DNA of 64,000 bases from Minisyncoccota bacterium (GCA_942491275.1 CALNZI010000004.1:3305-67304); one strand, 5' to 3'. Positions 17,776 through 26,972 are shown, counted from the stretch's first letter. A program made the numbers and translations. Notes: a model not told the origin generated them from the letters alone.

Positions 17776-17809
17776 AGAAAATTTTAGGCTTTATGATACA
17801 ATTTAGTAT

Positions 17810-18286
17810 ATGAAAAAAATAGATGCAGTTTTAATACTTCCAGATATTCGTAGTGCTATCAATGTGGGAGCTATTTTTAGAACTGCAGATGCTGTGGGGA
17901 TCAATAAAATATTTCTGACGGGTTACACTCCACGACCAACTGATAAATTTAATCGGATTCAAAAAGATATTGCTAAAAGCGCTCTTGGATCTGAAACTTG
18001 GATTGACTGGGAGTATAAAAAAACTCTCACCCTTCTTTTAAATAATTTAAAGAAAAAAGGATATGAAATTATTGCCCTTGAGCAGGATGAAAGAGCAGTG
18101 GATTATCGTAAGCTTAAAATATCCAATAAGGTAGCTTTTATTTTAGGACCAGAGGTTCTAGGTTTAGATAAAAAGATATTGGATAAGTGCGATCAAATAA
18201 CTTACATTCCAATGTACGGCAAAAAAGAATCCCTCAATGTGTCAGTTTCCTGTGGAATTGCTTTATTTAAAATTTTGAAACCTTAG
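17810..18286 (+). CDS. SpoU/TrmH-family RNA 2'-O-methyltransferase
   Basis: NVGAIFRTADAVG, LILGPE-like FILGPEVLGL and IPMYGKKESLNVSVSCGIALF (SPOUT knot motifs). tgatacaat at 17794..17802. Confidence 0.85.
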   Translation: MKKIDAVLILPDIRSAINVGAIFRTADAVGINKIFLTGYTPRPTDKFNRIQKDIAKSALGSETWIDWEYKKTLTLLLNNLKKKGYEIIALEQDERAVDYRKLKISNKVAFILGPEVLGLDKKILDKCDQITYIPMYGKKESLNVSVSCGIALFKILKP

Positions 18287-18477
18287 TTGCTACTTCCGAA
18301 AGTATTTATTTCAGTTGTTGGTGGCCAAGACTGGTCCTCAATAATTTTTTCTTCTTTTTCTCCATTAGGCCCCCCTGTTAGTATCCAAATGATAAAGAGA
18401 GCCAGGACAAATAAAAGGAAAATGGTTCCAATTCCCAGTCCCCCCAATATGTCTTTTTCTTCTTTTATTTCTGCCAT
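18283..18477 (-). CDS. small single-TM membrane protein
   Basis: LGIGTIFLLFVLALFIIWILTG. Co-directional with and just downstream of fpg. Preferred over the overlapping plus-strand ORF 18287..18517. Confidence 0.4.
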   Translation of the reverse strand: MAEIKEEKDILGGLGIGTIFLLFVLALFIIWILTGGPNGEKEEKIIEDQSWPPTTEINTFGSSN

Positions 18478-18520
18478 TTTAAATAATTATGAATTAATAA
18501 TTAATAATTACGAATAAAAA

Positions 18521-19465
18521 TCAAAACAGTTTTTGGTGAAGGCTACAAAAATGAGCACTCCTACCATTAATAACTTTTCTAATTATAACACCAGAACACC
18601 TCTTTTTGCCACATTTTTCACCTTTTCTCTGATAGGCGTTGTGTTTTCCTTGAAAATCGCCTTTTCCTCCATCTATATTTCTATAGTCAGAAGTTGAATC
18701 ACCACCAAGCTTTATTCCTTTATTGAGGACTTCTTTCATGGACTTAAAAAGGAGCTTTATTTGGGGTAAGGGGACATTACCGGGCTTAGACTCAGGATGA
18801 ACTCCAGAAAGCCACAACATTTCATCTGAATAAATATTACCAATTCCAGAAATAACAGATTGATCCATTAAAATTGTTTTTATTTTTCTGTTCTTTTTTG
18901 TATCTAATCTTTCTCGGAATTTATCTAAGGTGAATTTAGTTTCAAGGGGTTCGGGCCCTAGCTCATCCAGTCCAGAAATTTTATTGTTGATATCTTCAGT
19001 AGGGAATATGGTTACTTTCCCAAATTTTCGAGCATCACAGAAAACTAAATGATTATTTTTTGAAAAAGAAAAGACTGCGTGGATGAATCGGTTATAGGGG
19101 TCATGTAATTCTTTTCTCTCATTTTTTGCTGGTTTCCAACTTACTACTTGTTGCTTGCCACTTATTACTTTTTCGTATCTTCCAAAAATAAGATGGCCGG
19201 TCATTTTTAAATGAATTAAAATAGTTTTTTTATTATTTAAATGAATTAATATATTTTTTGCTCGCCTTTCTACTTTTAAAATTTTTACACCAATTATTTC
19301 TTTTTTGAATTTTTTGAAGAACAAGTCATTTTTTATAGTATTCTCAAATTGTTTGATTGTTTGGTTTTTTACAGCTAAATCGGTCCAAACATCCAAAATA
19401 ACAAGCCCCGGAAGGACTTTTTTGAGACCGTTTACTGTAGTAGTGACTTCAGGTAATTCAGGCAT
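18521..19465 (-). CDS. mutM: formamidopyrimidine-DNA glycosylase
   Basis: N-terminal MPELPEV, H2TH region and C-terminal zinc finger C..C...C. Confidence 0.9.
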   Translation of the reverse strand: MPELPEVTTTVNGLKKVLPGLVILDVWTDLAVKNQTIKQFENTIKNDLFFKKFKKEIIGVKILKVERRAKNILIHLNNKKTILIHLKMTGHLIFGRYEKVISGKQQVVSWKPAKNERKELHDPYNRFIHAVFSFSKNNHLVFCDARKFGKVTIFPTEDINNKISGLDELGPEPLETKFTLDKFRERLDTKKNRKIKTILMDQSVISGIGNIYSDEMLWLSGVHPESKPGNVPLPQIKLLFKSMKEVLNKGIKLGGDSTSDYRNIDGGKGDFQGKHNAYQRKGEKCGKKRCSGVIIRKVINGRSAHFCSLHQKLF

Positions 19466-19473
19466 TTAAATAA

Positions 19474-20049
19474 TTAAGAATTGTTTAAAAGACGGAGAGC
19501 TTCTTTGATTCGATCATTGGTTCCTTCTATTTCTACAGGAACTTTTTTAAGTGCTTCGCGGGCTTCAGATTGTGAATAGCCCAGAGATTTCATTGCTTCA
19601 ATAATATCACTTTCGTCGCGGAGAGTTCCCGGAGTACTGTCATCTTTATATGCCAGCAATTTATCTCTCAATTCGATAACAATTTTTTCAGCAGTTTTTT
19701 TACCAATACCGGAAACTTTGTTTAAATAGGTTGTGTCACCGGTAGCGATGGCTTTCTTTAATGTTTCCACGGGAGCCACTCCTAAGGTAGAGAGGGCCGA
19801 TCTTGGTCCAATTCCTGAGACATCCAGAAGTAATTCAAAGAAAGACATTTCTTCTTTGGTTATAAATCCATAAATATCAATTGAGTTTTCTCGAACGGCT
19901 GTATATGTCCAAAAAGACACTTCTTCTTCTAAATTATAATTGGTAAGTGTTTCTATTGTAGAAAAAACCTTATATCCAACACCACTGACATCAACGATTA
20001 GAAATTTTGTATCAATATGTAGAATTTTTCCTTTTAAATAAGCGATCAT
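19474..20049 (-). CDS. ruvA: Holliday junction branch-migration complex subunit RuvA
   Basis: MIAYLKGKI...VGYKV, HhH motifs VSGIGPRSA / VSGIGKKTAEKI, C-terminal domain III. Confidence 0.9.
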   Translation of the reverse strand: MIAYLKGKILHIDTKFLIVDVSGVGYKVFSTIETLTNYNLEEEVSFWTYTAVRENSIDIYGFITKEEMSFFELLLDVSGIGPRSALSTLGVAPVETLKKAIATGDTTYLNKVSGIGKKTAEKIVIELRDKLLAYKDDSTPGTLRDESDIIEAMKSLGYSQSEAREALKKVPVEIEGTNDRIKEALRLLNNS

Positions 20050-20178
20050 ATAGAAATAATACCAAATATTGCCCTTTTCTGCTATTTCTGGTATTCTTTA
20101 GTCGTCTCAGTCAATAACATTAATAAAAAGTTTAACTCGTAATTCGTAACTAAAAATTCGTAATTACTTAAAAATAAT

Positions 20179-20433
20179 ATGCCAATTACAAGATCAGCAA
20201 AAAAAGCTTTACGTGGATCCCTTAATAAAAAAGCTGCTAATGACCGCAATAAGAAAGCAGTTAAGGAATCTATTAAAAACATTGAAAAGTTAGTAAAAGA
20301 AAAGAAAAAAGATGAAGCTAAAAAGCTTCTTCCTGAAGCTCAAGCTGTTATAGATAAAGCAACAAAAAAGGGTGTTTTAAAGAAAAATACTGCTTCACGA
20401 AGAAAAGCTCGACTTTCAAAAATAACAAAATAA
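20179..20433 (+). CDS. rpsT: 30S ribosomal protein S20
   Basis: MPITRSAKKALRGSLNKKAANDRNK..., a basic 84-aa protein. Confidence 0.9.
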   Translation: MPITRSAKKALRGSLNKKAANDRNKKAVKESIKNIEKLVKEKKKDEAKKLLPEAQAVIDKATKKGVLKKNTASRRKARLSKITK

Positions 20434-20456
20434 TAATTTAAACCTATATTAAATAT

Positions 20457-20726
20457 ATGAAAAATGATCTATTATTTTTCTATGGACTTGATTGTCCTCA
20501 TTGTGGAGAAGCTGAAAAGATTGTAAATGATCTTATTAGTGATGGTTTTGATATAAGAAAATTAGAAGTTTGGCATAATGAAGATAATGATAATCTTCTG
20601 GAAGAGTTAGATAGTGGAGAAGATTGTTGTGGAGGAGTGCCTTTCTTTTTTAATCAAAAAACAGGAAGTAAAATTTGCGGAGATGCTCCCTATAAAGAAA
20701 TAAGAAATTGGGCAGAAGGAAAATAA
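20457..20726 (+). CDS. glutaredoxin/thioredoxin-fold protein
   Basis: FYGLDCPHCGEAEK (CPHC active site) and GGVPFFF. Confidence 0.6.
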   Translation: MKNDLLFFYGLDCPHCGEAEKIVNDLISDGFDIRKLEVWHNEDNDNLLEELDSGEDCCGGVPFFFNQKTGSKICGDAPYKEIRNWAEGK

Positions 20727-20729
20727 ATA

Positions 20730-20763
20730 AAAAACCTCACATTGCGTTGTGAGGTTTTTTATT
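20730..20763. terminator. bidirectional rho-independent terminator between convergent genes
   Basis: aaaaaacctcac-attgcgt-tgtgaggtttttt, with an A-run and a T-run on either side. Confidence 0.75.
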
Positions 20764-20773
20764 ATTTAGGAAA

Positions 20774-21079
20774 CTAGTTTACTTCAACGGCAACTCCGTC
20801 TGTCATTTTATCAGAAATAGCATTCATGTAAGCATCTTTTTTTGCTTGAATTTGTTCGGGAGTCCAATTCATCATAGCTTTATGATTTTGAAAATAGAAA
20901 TCACTTTTTTTCACGGAATGCATTTTTCCATAGCATGAACCTAGGCAAAATGCGATTACGATTATAACTGCCAATATTAACCATTTAAATGAATGACATC
21001 TATTTATCATCGGGCAACGCAATGAACACATTTTAGGACAACACTCTATTCCTTTTTCGCAACATCTTTTTTCTTCCAT
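20774..21079 (-). CDS. hypothetical Cys-rich single-TM protein
   Basis: N-terminus MEEKRCCEKGIECCPKMCSLRCPMINRC, then TM helix WLILAVIIVIAFCLG. Confidence 0.5.
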   Translation of the reverse strand: MEEKRCCEKGIECCPKMCSLRCPMINRCHSFKWLILAVIIVIAFCLGSCYGKMHSVKKSDFYFQNHKAMMNWTPEQIQAKKDAYMNAISDKMTDGVAVEVN

Positions 21080-21139
21080 ATCTTTTATATATTTTAAATT
21101 ATAAACCTCGACTGAGGGTATTATAGCATGGGAGCCCTT

Positions 21140-22339
21140 TTAAAGTTTAATGGATTCAGAGGGGGTCTTTAATGTAGAATTTTTTAAATAGAAAATTGAA
21201 ACAATTAATATAAGAGTAAGAATTATTCCCATAATTAAATAGGAAGTTGAATAATAATACTTGAGAACTAGGAATCCCATAGTAAGGCTGGTTATAGCTC
21301 CAAATATTTTTGTAATAAGTTGATTTACAGACAATAGAGTAGCTTTTGATTTTGAATTTTTAATAAAATCGAGGTTGTATTGACTCCCAGCAGAAAGTAA
21401 TCCCATTGAAAAAGTATTTTGAGCTATAAACAAAGAGGCCACTATCCACATATTATTAGTTAATCCGATACCCAGGAAGGATAGGGAGTAGACTAAGGTT
21501 TTCATAATAATAAATTGCTTATATGAGAGAGTTTTGTGTATCCAGCCGTTTAATAAAAGAAGGCCTGATATAAGAAAACGTGAAGTAGCCCAAAGAAGAC
21601 CAAGTGAAGAGATTGAAAAACCCACGATTTCTTGATAGGGGTTTTTAAAACCGGCGGTGGCTCCAAAAATAAGTCCAGAAATAATAGATCCTATTAGGAT
21701 ATATCTGACCCAACCAACATTCCTCCATTCTCTAAGGGCTTGTTTGAAATTATGGAGACTAATTTCTTCGACATTTTTTTTAATTTTAGGGCTAACTAAT
21801 AGAAGAACAGCAAGAAGTCCTATTACATCAACAATAAGTGCAACAAGAAAAGCTAATTTGAAATTTGTTTCTGCTATGTAGGGAAGTAATATTATAAAAA
21901 TGATTGGAACTGCAAATCCGAGTGATTGAAGTCTTCCCATAATAAATGCATACCTTTTTTCTTTGCCAAGGGCAGTAAGAACGTTGTGCATAAAAGCATT
22001 ATCGGTACCACTATTGAAGGCAAATCCCATTGCTAAGAATATTGCACCAAGGAAAAACCAAGGGACACTGCTTGCTAATACATAACATGATGTTGAAAGG
22101 ATGAATGAAATACGAGCAAGAAGTAAAGCCTTCTTGTGACCAATTCTGTCAGAGATGTAACCGCTGGGTATTTCAAACAAAAAGCCGACAATTTGTCCTA
22201 GCGCAGTGAGCATACCAATTGTTTTTGCCGTAGCGTTGGGCATGGTCAGCAGGTAAATAGTCAAGAACGTCATGTATGTTCTTTTGTTTGTGATTTTATG
22301 AATGGCAAATTTCCAAAGATTTCCCTGTAGTTTCTTCAT
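21140..22339 (-). CDS. MFS transporter
   Basis: About 12 hydrophobic segments. GYISDRIGHKKALLLAR resembles the MFS loop 2-3 motif. Confidence 0.75.
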   Translation of the reverse strand: MKKLQGNLWKFAIHKITNKRTYMTFLTIYLLTMPNATAKTIGMLTALGQIVGFLFEIPSGYISDRIGHKKALLLARISFILSTSCYVLASSVPWFFLGAIFLAMGFAFNSGTDNAFMHNVLTALGKEKRYAFIMGRLQSLGFAVPIIFIILLPYIAETNFKLAFLVALIVDVIGLLAVLLLVSPKIKKNVEEISLHNFKQALREWRNVGWVRYILIGSIISGLIFGATAGFKNPYQEIVGFSISSLGLLWATSRFLISGLLLLNGWIHKTLSYKQFIIMKTLVYSLSFLGIGLTNNMWIVASLFIAQNTFSMGLLSAGSQYNLDFIKNSKSKATLLSVNQLITKIFGAITSLTMGFLVLKYYYSTSYLIMGIILTLILIVSIFYLKNSTLKTPSESIKL

Positions 22340-22425
22340 TGCTGGAGTATATCAAAAATTGGGAATAAAGATAAGGATGAGTATTGTTATTCTTTTTAAA
22401 TAAGATTTTTGATATAATTAATAAT

Positions 22426-23604
22426 ATGAAAATAAAAGCACTTTATCTTGGTGATTGGTTCCAAAGGACTCAGTTACATCTTTCTGAGATTCATGATTTT
22501 CTTGTTGATAAATCCTCCCCATTAAAATTAGATTCAAAGCTTCTTGAACAAAATAAAAAATCTTTAGGCGTGTTAGATGTACATTCACATATAGGTAGAC
22601 TCAATTCACTCGAAATAAAGACAAAACTAAATATTGATTTTTCAATTTATGAAGACGGACTAGTTCTTTTTCGTAAATTAAATATAAAAAACCTAGAAGA
22701 AGATAAAAAAGAGTTAGCTGACTTTTATAGAGGACCATATTCAAAGTCCATGGCACATCTTTTTAGTCTTGGCGCTCCAATACCAAAAGATCTTACAAAA
22801 GTACAACCAATAATGCCATATTTTATTGTGACCGAAGGAGCATCTAAAGAAGAAATTTCTGAAATTTTTAAAATAACTAAAAATGATGAATACTTCGATA
22901 AAACTTTATCGGGTTTTGATTTATATAGGGGAGATAATATTTATGTTATTAACCAAAAATCTATTAGCGACAAAGCGCTCGAACGATTTATTAGTGAGCT
23001 AGTTTTTTTTAGAGAATTTAGAGGTCAATTACATCAGTATTTAAATTTTCATAGAGTTATTTGGGAAAATATTAGTGATGTGAAAGAAAGAGGTTTTATA
23101 CGTGGAAATGATATTAAGCCCTTTAAATCAAAAATAGAAAGTTATGAAAAAACGATAAATTTAATAGATACACGCATTAATCAAATGGGAGTATATATAA
23201 AAACTAGAGGAAGTATTTTAAAGGATACTCCAGAGCTTCTTGATGCAACAGATAAAGTTTTTAACTTTCAACACGAGACACTAGAAGATTCATTGTCCTA
23301 TGTTAAAGAAATATGGTCTATGACAAAAAACTATGTTTCAGCCACATTAAAAGTTTTCAGTGATTTACAGGCTAAAGTTCTTGATAACTCTGTGAAAAAT
23401 TTAACTCTTATTACAACTCTTGGGGTAGGAGGAACTATCTACAAACTTTTAACAGGGGACCCTTCTAAAATTTCTTTTGGGGGTCTCACTATTTTTGTTG
23501 GAGTAGCAGCCATTTCCTTGGTTCTAATATTCGTACTTAAATATATACATGTATATAAAAAATATAAAATTAAGGATATCACTCCGGGTAATAATATTAA
23601 ATAG
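22426..23604 (+). CDS. hypothetical protein with C-terminal TM helix
   Basis: The ATG at 22426 (MKIKALYLGDW) lies 7 nt after tgatataat (22410..22418), and the TTG start listed at 22384 would put that promoter box inside the gene. C-terminal TM helix LTIFVGVAAISLVLIFVL. Confidence 0.6.
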   Translation: MKIKALYLGDWFQRTQLHLSEIHDFLVDKSSPLKLDSKLLEQNKKSLGVLDVHSHIGRLNSLEIKTKLNIDFSIYEDGLVLFRKLNIKNLEEDKKELADFYRGPYSKSMAHLFSLGAPIPKDLTKVQPIMPYFIVTEGASKEEISEIFKITKNDEYFDKTLSGFDLYRGDNIYVINQKSISDKALERFISELVFFREFRGQLHQYLNFHRVIWENISDVKERGFIRGNDIKPFKSKIESYEKTINLIDTRINQMGVYIKTRGSILKDTPELLDATDKVFNFQHETLEDSLSYVKEIWSMTKNYVSATLKVFSDLQAKVLDNSVKNLTLITTLGVGGTIYKLLTGDPSKISFGGLTIFVGVAAISLVLIFVLKYIHVYKKYKIKDITPGNNIK

Positions 23605-23659
23605 ACCCAGCTTCAATTAGGATGATAATTTTTACAAATATAAACCTTAATAAATAAGG

Positions 23660-23850
23660 TCTTTATGGCTAGTGAATTTGGTAGGATCGGCAGTAGCCTT
23701 ATAGGTCATTACATGACCAGTACACCTTTTCCATTCGCGAGTACACTCACAAGGAAAAGGTCTTCGATTCCTGCACGCAAGCAAAGCAGTTTGCTTGCTC
23801 AGGATCACAACAGAAAAAGACTAGGTTTACCTAGTCTTTTTCTGTTGTGA
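23660..23850 (+). ncRNA. candidate structured small RNA / hairpin cluster (unclassified)
   Basis: Four consecutive hairpins: ggcta...tagcc, ggtcat-tac-atgacc, ccttttcc...ggaaaagg and gcaagcaaa-GCAG-tttgcttgc. They are followed by a 21-bp perfect hairpin with an internal T-run (23805..23850). A tgataat -10-like box lies near 23621. No match to SRP, tmRNA, 6S or RNase P motifs that I can see. Confidence 0.3.
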
Positions 23851-23980
23851 GCCTGATAGACCCTTAATTGAACGGGACAAATTGACAAGATTTACATCCA
23901 GTAATAAAATTATTAATGAGTCCTCACTAGACTTTCGTTTGTGTAGAGAATTAAATAAGAAATAGTATTTAAAATAGATA

Positions 23981-25096
23981 TTATTTGTAAATTTCGATGT
24001 TTTCCAAAATGTAATCATCGTTTTCTTCGCATACGATTCCAACGCTATATCTAGCACGTGTAAGTCCAACATAAAACTTAGCTCTAGCCTCGTCTGAGAA
24101 CTTATGATCATGATTCTTCATCCATTTTATCATATCACTCGTTGGATAGATAAGAACTCGATCAAATGATAACCCTTTTGACAATCCAAGATTATTTACA
24201 GTATATTTTAAATTAATATTTTTTGTTAAAGAATTCCATCTTAATTGAACTGGATTGTACGTCTCTAGGTATTTCTTAATATTAGTATTCTTAACTAAAA
24301 ATATTCCATCATGACCAGTAACACTATCTTGTGCAGAAAAACATGGTTTAAAAGTGCTGTATAGCTTGTTTGAGTACACACATATTTTCTCATTACATCT
24401 GTGTGAGTGAGAAAGTGTATGATTATCTATTTCAAAATTAATATTAGAACATTTGTCCTTTATAAACTCTTCTAATAATCCATTTCGGTATTTTCTGTAT
24501 TTACTTTCATTGTGAGTCAAATAAGTTACTTGTCTTGGGTCACAAACCATAATTAGATTCACTGGGCTCTCTGATAGCAGTCGTATAATATCAAGATCAT
24601 ATCCAGCTAAATCTTGACTTTCATCAATAAAGATATTTGGGTAGATATTAATAAGACGATCAATAATCTTCCCTTCAGATTTTTCATTAATCTTAATAAC
24701 AAGTTTTGAAAGTTTGTCTGAGTATATCTTTTTATTGTCTGTAAAATAGTATTGATTAAAGTTGCTTTCTCCCCAAAATACAGGGAAACCCTTTGGCGTT
24801 TTGTATCTAAAGCCAGATTGCTTATTTACTAGTAACATTCCATTAACATGAAAATCAAACAAAACACTTTGGTAAGGTTTAATACCGTGTTTTATCAATA
24901 GAGAAAACCATGTTTGAATTGTGACGTTTTTTGGTATATAGCCATTTATTTCAATAAATTTACTCCTAATTTCTTGCTCATTAGCCTCTGTAAATGTTGT
25001 AATTAGTACAGGATCATCTAAAATTTCAAGAGCCTCTTTAACAAGAAGTGTTGTTTTACCAGACCCGGCTGCAGATATTATCAGCTTATTTCCCAT
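23981..25096 (-). CDS. short UvrD/PcrA-like SF1 helicase (GajB-like partner of the OLD nuclease)
   Basis: Walker A AAGSGKTT, Walker B/DExx IFIDESQDL, VCDPRQ and C-terminal VGLTRARYSVGIV. Only 371 aa. Separated by 4 nt from the upstream OLD gene. Confidence 0.75.
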   Translation of the reverse strand: MGNKLIISAAGSGKTTLLVKEALEILDDPVLITTFTEANEQEIRSKFIEINGYIPKNVTIQTWFSLLIKHGIKPYQSVLFDFHVNGMLLVNKQSGFRYKTPKGFPVFWGESNFNQYYFTDNKKIYSDKLSKLVIKINEKSEGKIIDRLINIYPNIFIDESQDLAGYDLDIIRLLSESPVNLIMVCDPRQVTYLTHNESKYRKYRNGLLEEFIKDKCSNINFEIDNHTLSHSHRCNEKICVYSNKLYSTFKPCFSAQDSVTGHDGIFLVKNTNIKKYLETYNPVQLRWNSLTKNINLKYTVNNLGLSKGLSFDRVLIYPTSDMIKWMKNHDHKFSDEARAKFYVGLTRARYSVGIVCEENDDYILENIEIYK

Positions 25097-25100
25097 AGTT

Positions 25101-26738
25101 TTAAATTACATCCGAAATATAACTGGGATAATTAATTTTAATTTCGGAATTAAATATTTTTAAGGCACATTTAGTTTTGTTTTGATACATGTATTGAAGA
25201 ATCTCATTGTCATTTACAAACACTGTTTCAAACACCTCATTTAAAGTTTTAAGAGAATTTGCCTTTAGTATTTTAGGTTCAAGAGTATTATAATTGAATG
25301 CTCTCCCGTTAATAAGTAAATCTCCCTCATCAATTGTATAATCAAAGGAAATATTGATATGTGGTTTGGCTTTTTTCCCAATGAAATTTCCGTATTTCTT
25401 TTTGATTGCTCCTATACTCCAATCAGTATCTGTAATAACAATCGTAGGTTTTTCAATTTTATCAGCAATTTCAAGAAATCGTAAAAACGAAGTACCAACA
25501 GAGATTACGTCAACACCGTTTTCAATTGGGAGCTTCCCGTCGTATTTATCAGCGTATGCTTTTTGTACAATAAGTTCATCAGAATCACCTTCAACTAGTA
25601 TTGCTTGTTTACATAGTATTAACCTTAAGGTGTCATAACCTGATAATTTTTGAAAATATTGAAAAGTTTCTTCAGTTAGTTCAGACAATCTAGTAGTTTG
25701 AGGATTGTTAAGTAAAATTAGACTATCTAAGCCTAATTTATTTGCCACAAAACTACTATGAGTAGATATGATAATCTGCTTATTTTGCCCCCCTGTCTTT
25801 AGCTCATTTATTAAGTAATTCAATCTTGAATGAGACAAATGATTCTCTGGTTCTTCAATAAGTAAAACGTTAGCTTCTTGAATTTTTTTATGATTTAAAG
25901 CTAATTTGGTTTTTATAATAGATTGTTCTCCTTTTCCTAAATGATGAAATGGTATTTCATCTAAGTATGTAACTAGTGAATTTTCCCATGCATTTTTAGA
26001 AGAAAGTTCCACGGAGAGTTCTACTTTTTTATTTGATATTTTTGAGTCTGTTTGTATTTTCTCATTGATTGCTTTAATTGCCTCTTCTTGCATGAAAAAA
26101 TCTTTCATCTTACGATGTGCTTGAGAGACATTTATTACTTCTTCGGGTTTCAAAAAATCTTTAATTATTCTGCTGATATATATATCTGAACCATTTTGAT
26201 TACGATTATTTACAGAATCAATTAATGCTGATTTTATAGGAATTAACCTAGGAGTAATTTTTTCATCTCTTGCGAAGGACTCCCAATAATAATGATAGTA
26301 TTCTATTGGTAATGAGCTTATACTTCCCTCCTTCAATAAAAACTCGTACTCTTCTTTATACTTTTCATCAAATTTAATTTGGAAGGTAAGTCCTAATAAA
26401 TCAGATTGTTCACTATTCTTATTTCCTCTAAGAAAATGAGGAGAATCTCCTGAGAAGTAAACCTCGATGCTAATAGATGGTGGAAGGACACCTTGACCCT
26501 CCTTTATGTTTTTAAGATACTCTGCAACTATCTGGTTGTTAAATATACATTGATTTAATTCATTGTAAAAATATCTACCATTAAACCAGCCAGATAATGC
26601 AAGATGGATCGCTTCAATAATTGTTGATTTTCCAGCTTCATTATCACCAGCAATAATATTTAACCCTTTCTCTAAAGAAAGGCTAAATTCGTCGTAGAAA
26701 CACTTAAAGTTTTTGATTTTAATTTTCTCAATATGCAT
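25101..26738 (-). CDS. OLD-family ATP-dependent endonuclease (ABC-type ATPase plus TOPRIM), GajA-like
   Basis: Walker A GDNEAGKST, signature-like GKGEQS, Walker B LLIEEPENHLSHS and STHS. TOPRIM motifs ILVEGDSDE and VITDTD. Confidence 0.85.
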   Translation of the reverse strand: MHIEKIKIKNFKCFYDEFSLSLEKGLNIIAGDNEAGKSTIIEAIHLALSGWFNGRYFYNELNQCIFNNQIVAEYLKNIKEGQGVLPPSISIEVYFSGDSPHFLRGNKNSEQSDLLGLTFQIKFDEKYKEEYEFLLKEGSISSLPIEYYHYYWESFARDEKITPRLIPIKSALIDSVNNRNQNGSDIYISRIIKDFLKPEEVINVSQAHRKMKDFFMQEEAIKAINEKIQTDSKISNKKVELSVELSSKNAWENSLVTYLDEIPFHHLGKGEQSIIKTKLALNHKKIQEANVLLIEEPENHLSHSRLNYLINELKTGGQNKQIIISTHSSFVANKLGLDSLILLNNPQTTRLSELTEETFQYFQKLSGYDTLRLILCKQAILVEGDSDELIVQKAYADKYDGKLPIENGVDVISVGTSFLRFLEIADKIEKPTIVITDTDWSIGAIKKKYGNFIGKKAKPHINISFDYTIDEGDLLINGRAFNYNTLEPKILKANSLKTLNEVFETVFVNDNEILQYMYQNKTKCALKIFNSEIKINYPSYISDVI

Positions 26739-26900
26739 TTGAGTGATTTTGGTTTAATCTGATTGGTAATGATATAAATTATATCATTTTCTGAAAGATA
26801 ATAAATATGTGGGTAAAATATGCAAAACTACATACACAAAAATACCTCTACATTTAATTATGGAAAGAAATTCTGTCTGAATATCAGAATTTTACTACTG

Positions 26901-26972
26901 TGATCCCGGCAGGAATCGAACCTGCATTGTAACTTCCGCAAAGTTATGTCCTATCCATTGAACGACGGGACC
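26901..26972 (-). tRNA. tRNA-Arg (GCG)
   Basis: Minus-sense GGTCCCGTCGTTCAATGGATAGGACATAACTTTGCGGAAGTTACAATGCAGGTTCGATTCCTGCCGGGATCA. Anticodon loop TTGCGGA. Confidence 0.85.

Noticed and set aside
18287-18517. 76-aa plus-strand ORF overlapping 18283..18477 (-).
   Set aside because: The minus-strand reading gives a clean single-TM protein co-directional with fpg and ruvA. The plus-strand reading has no such features.
23660-23800. tmRNA, SRP RNA or tRNA-like gene, suggested by ggtcTTCGATTCCtgc.
   Set aside because: The flanking bases cannot form a T-stem or an acceptor stem. There is no SRP helix-8 motif (GGAA/AGCA loops) and no tag reading frame. It is kept only as an unclassified structured-RNA candidate.
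23665-24111. ORFs 23665..23850 (+) and 23827..24111 (-).
   Set aside because: The first lies entirely in the hairpin cluster and long palindrome. The second overlaps the 3' end of the helicase gene out of frame. Neither has a start context or any motif.
26788-26808. The perfect palindrome aatgatataa-a-ttatatcatt, considered as a terminal inverted repeat of a mobile element.
   Set aside because: It is a single local palindrome containing the genome-typical tgatataat box on the minus strand. It is better explained as the promoter/operator of the OLD-nuclease gene, and it has no partner repeat at the other island end.
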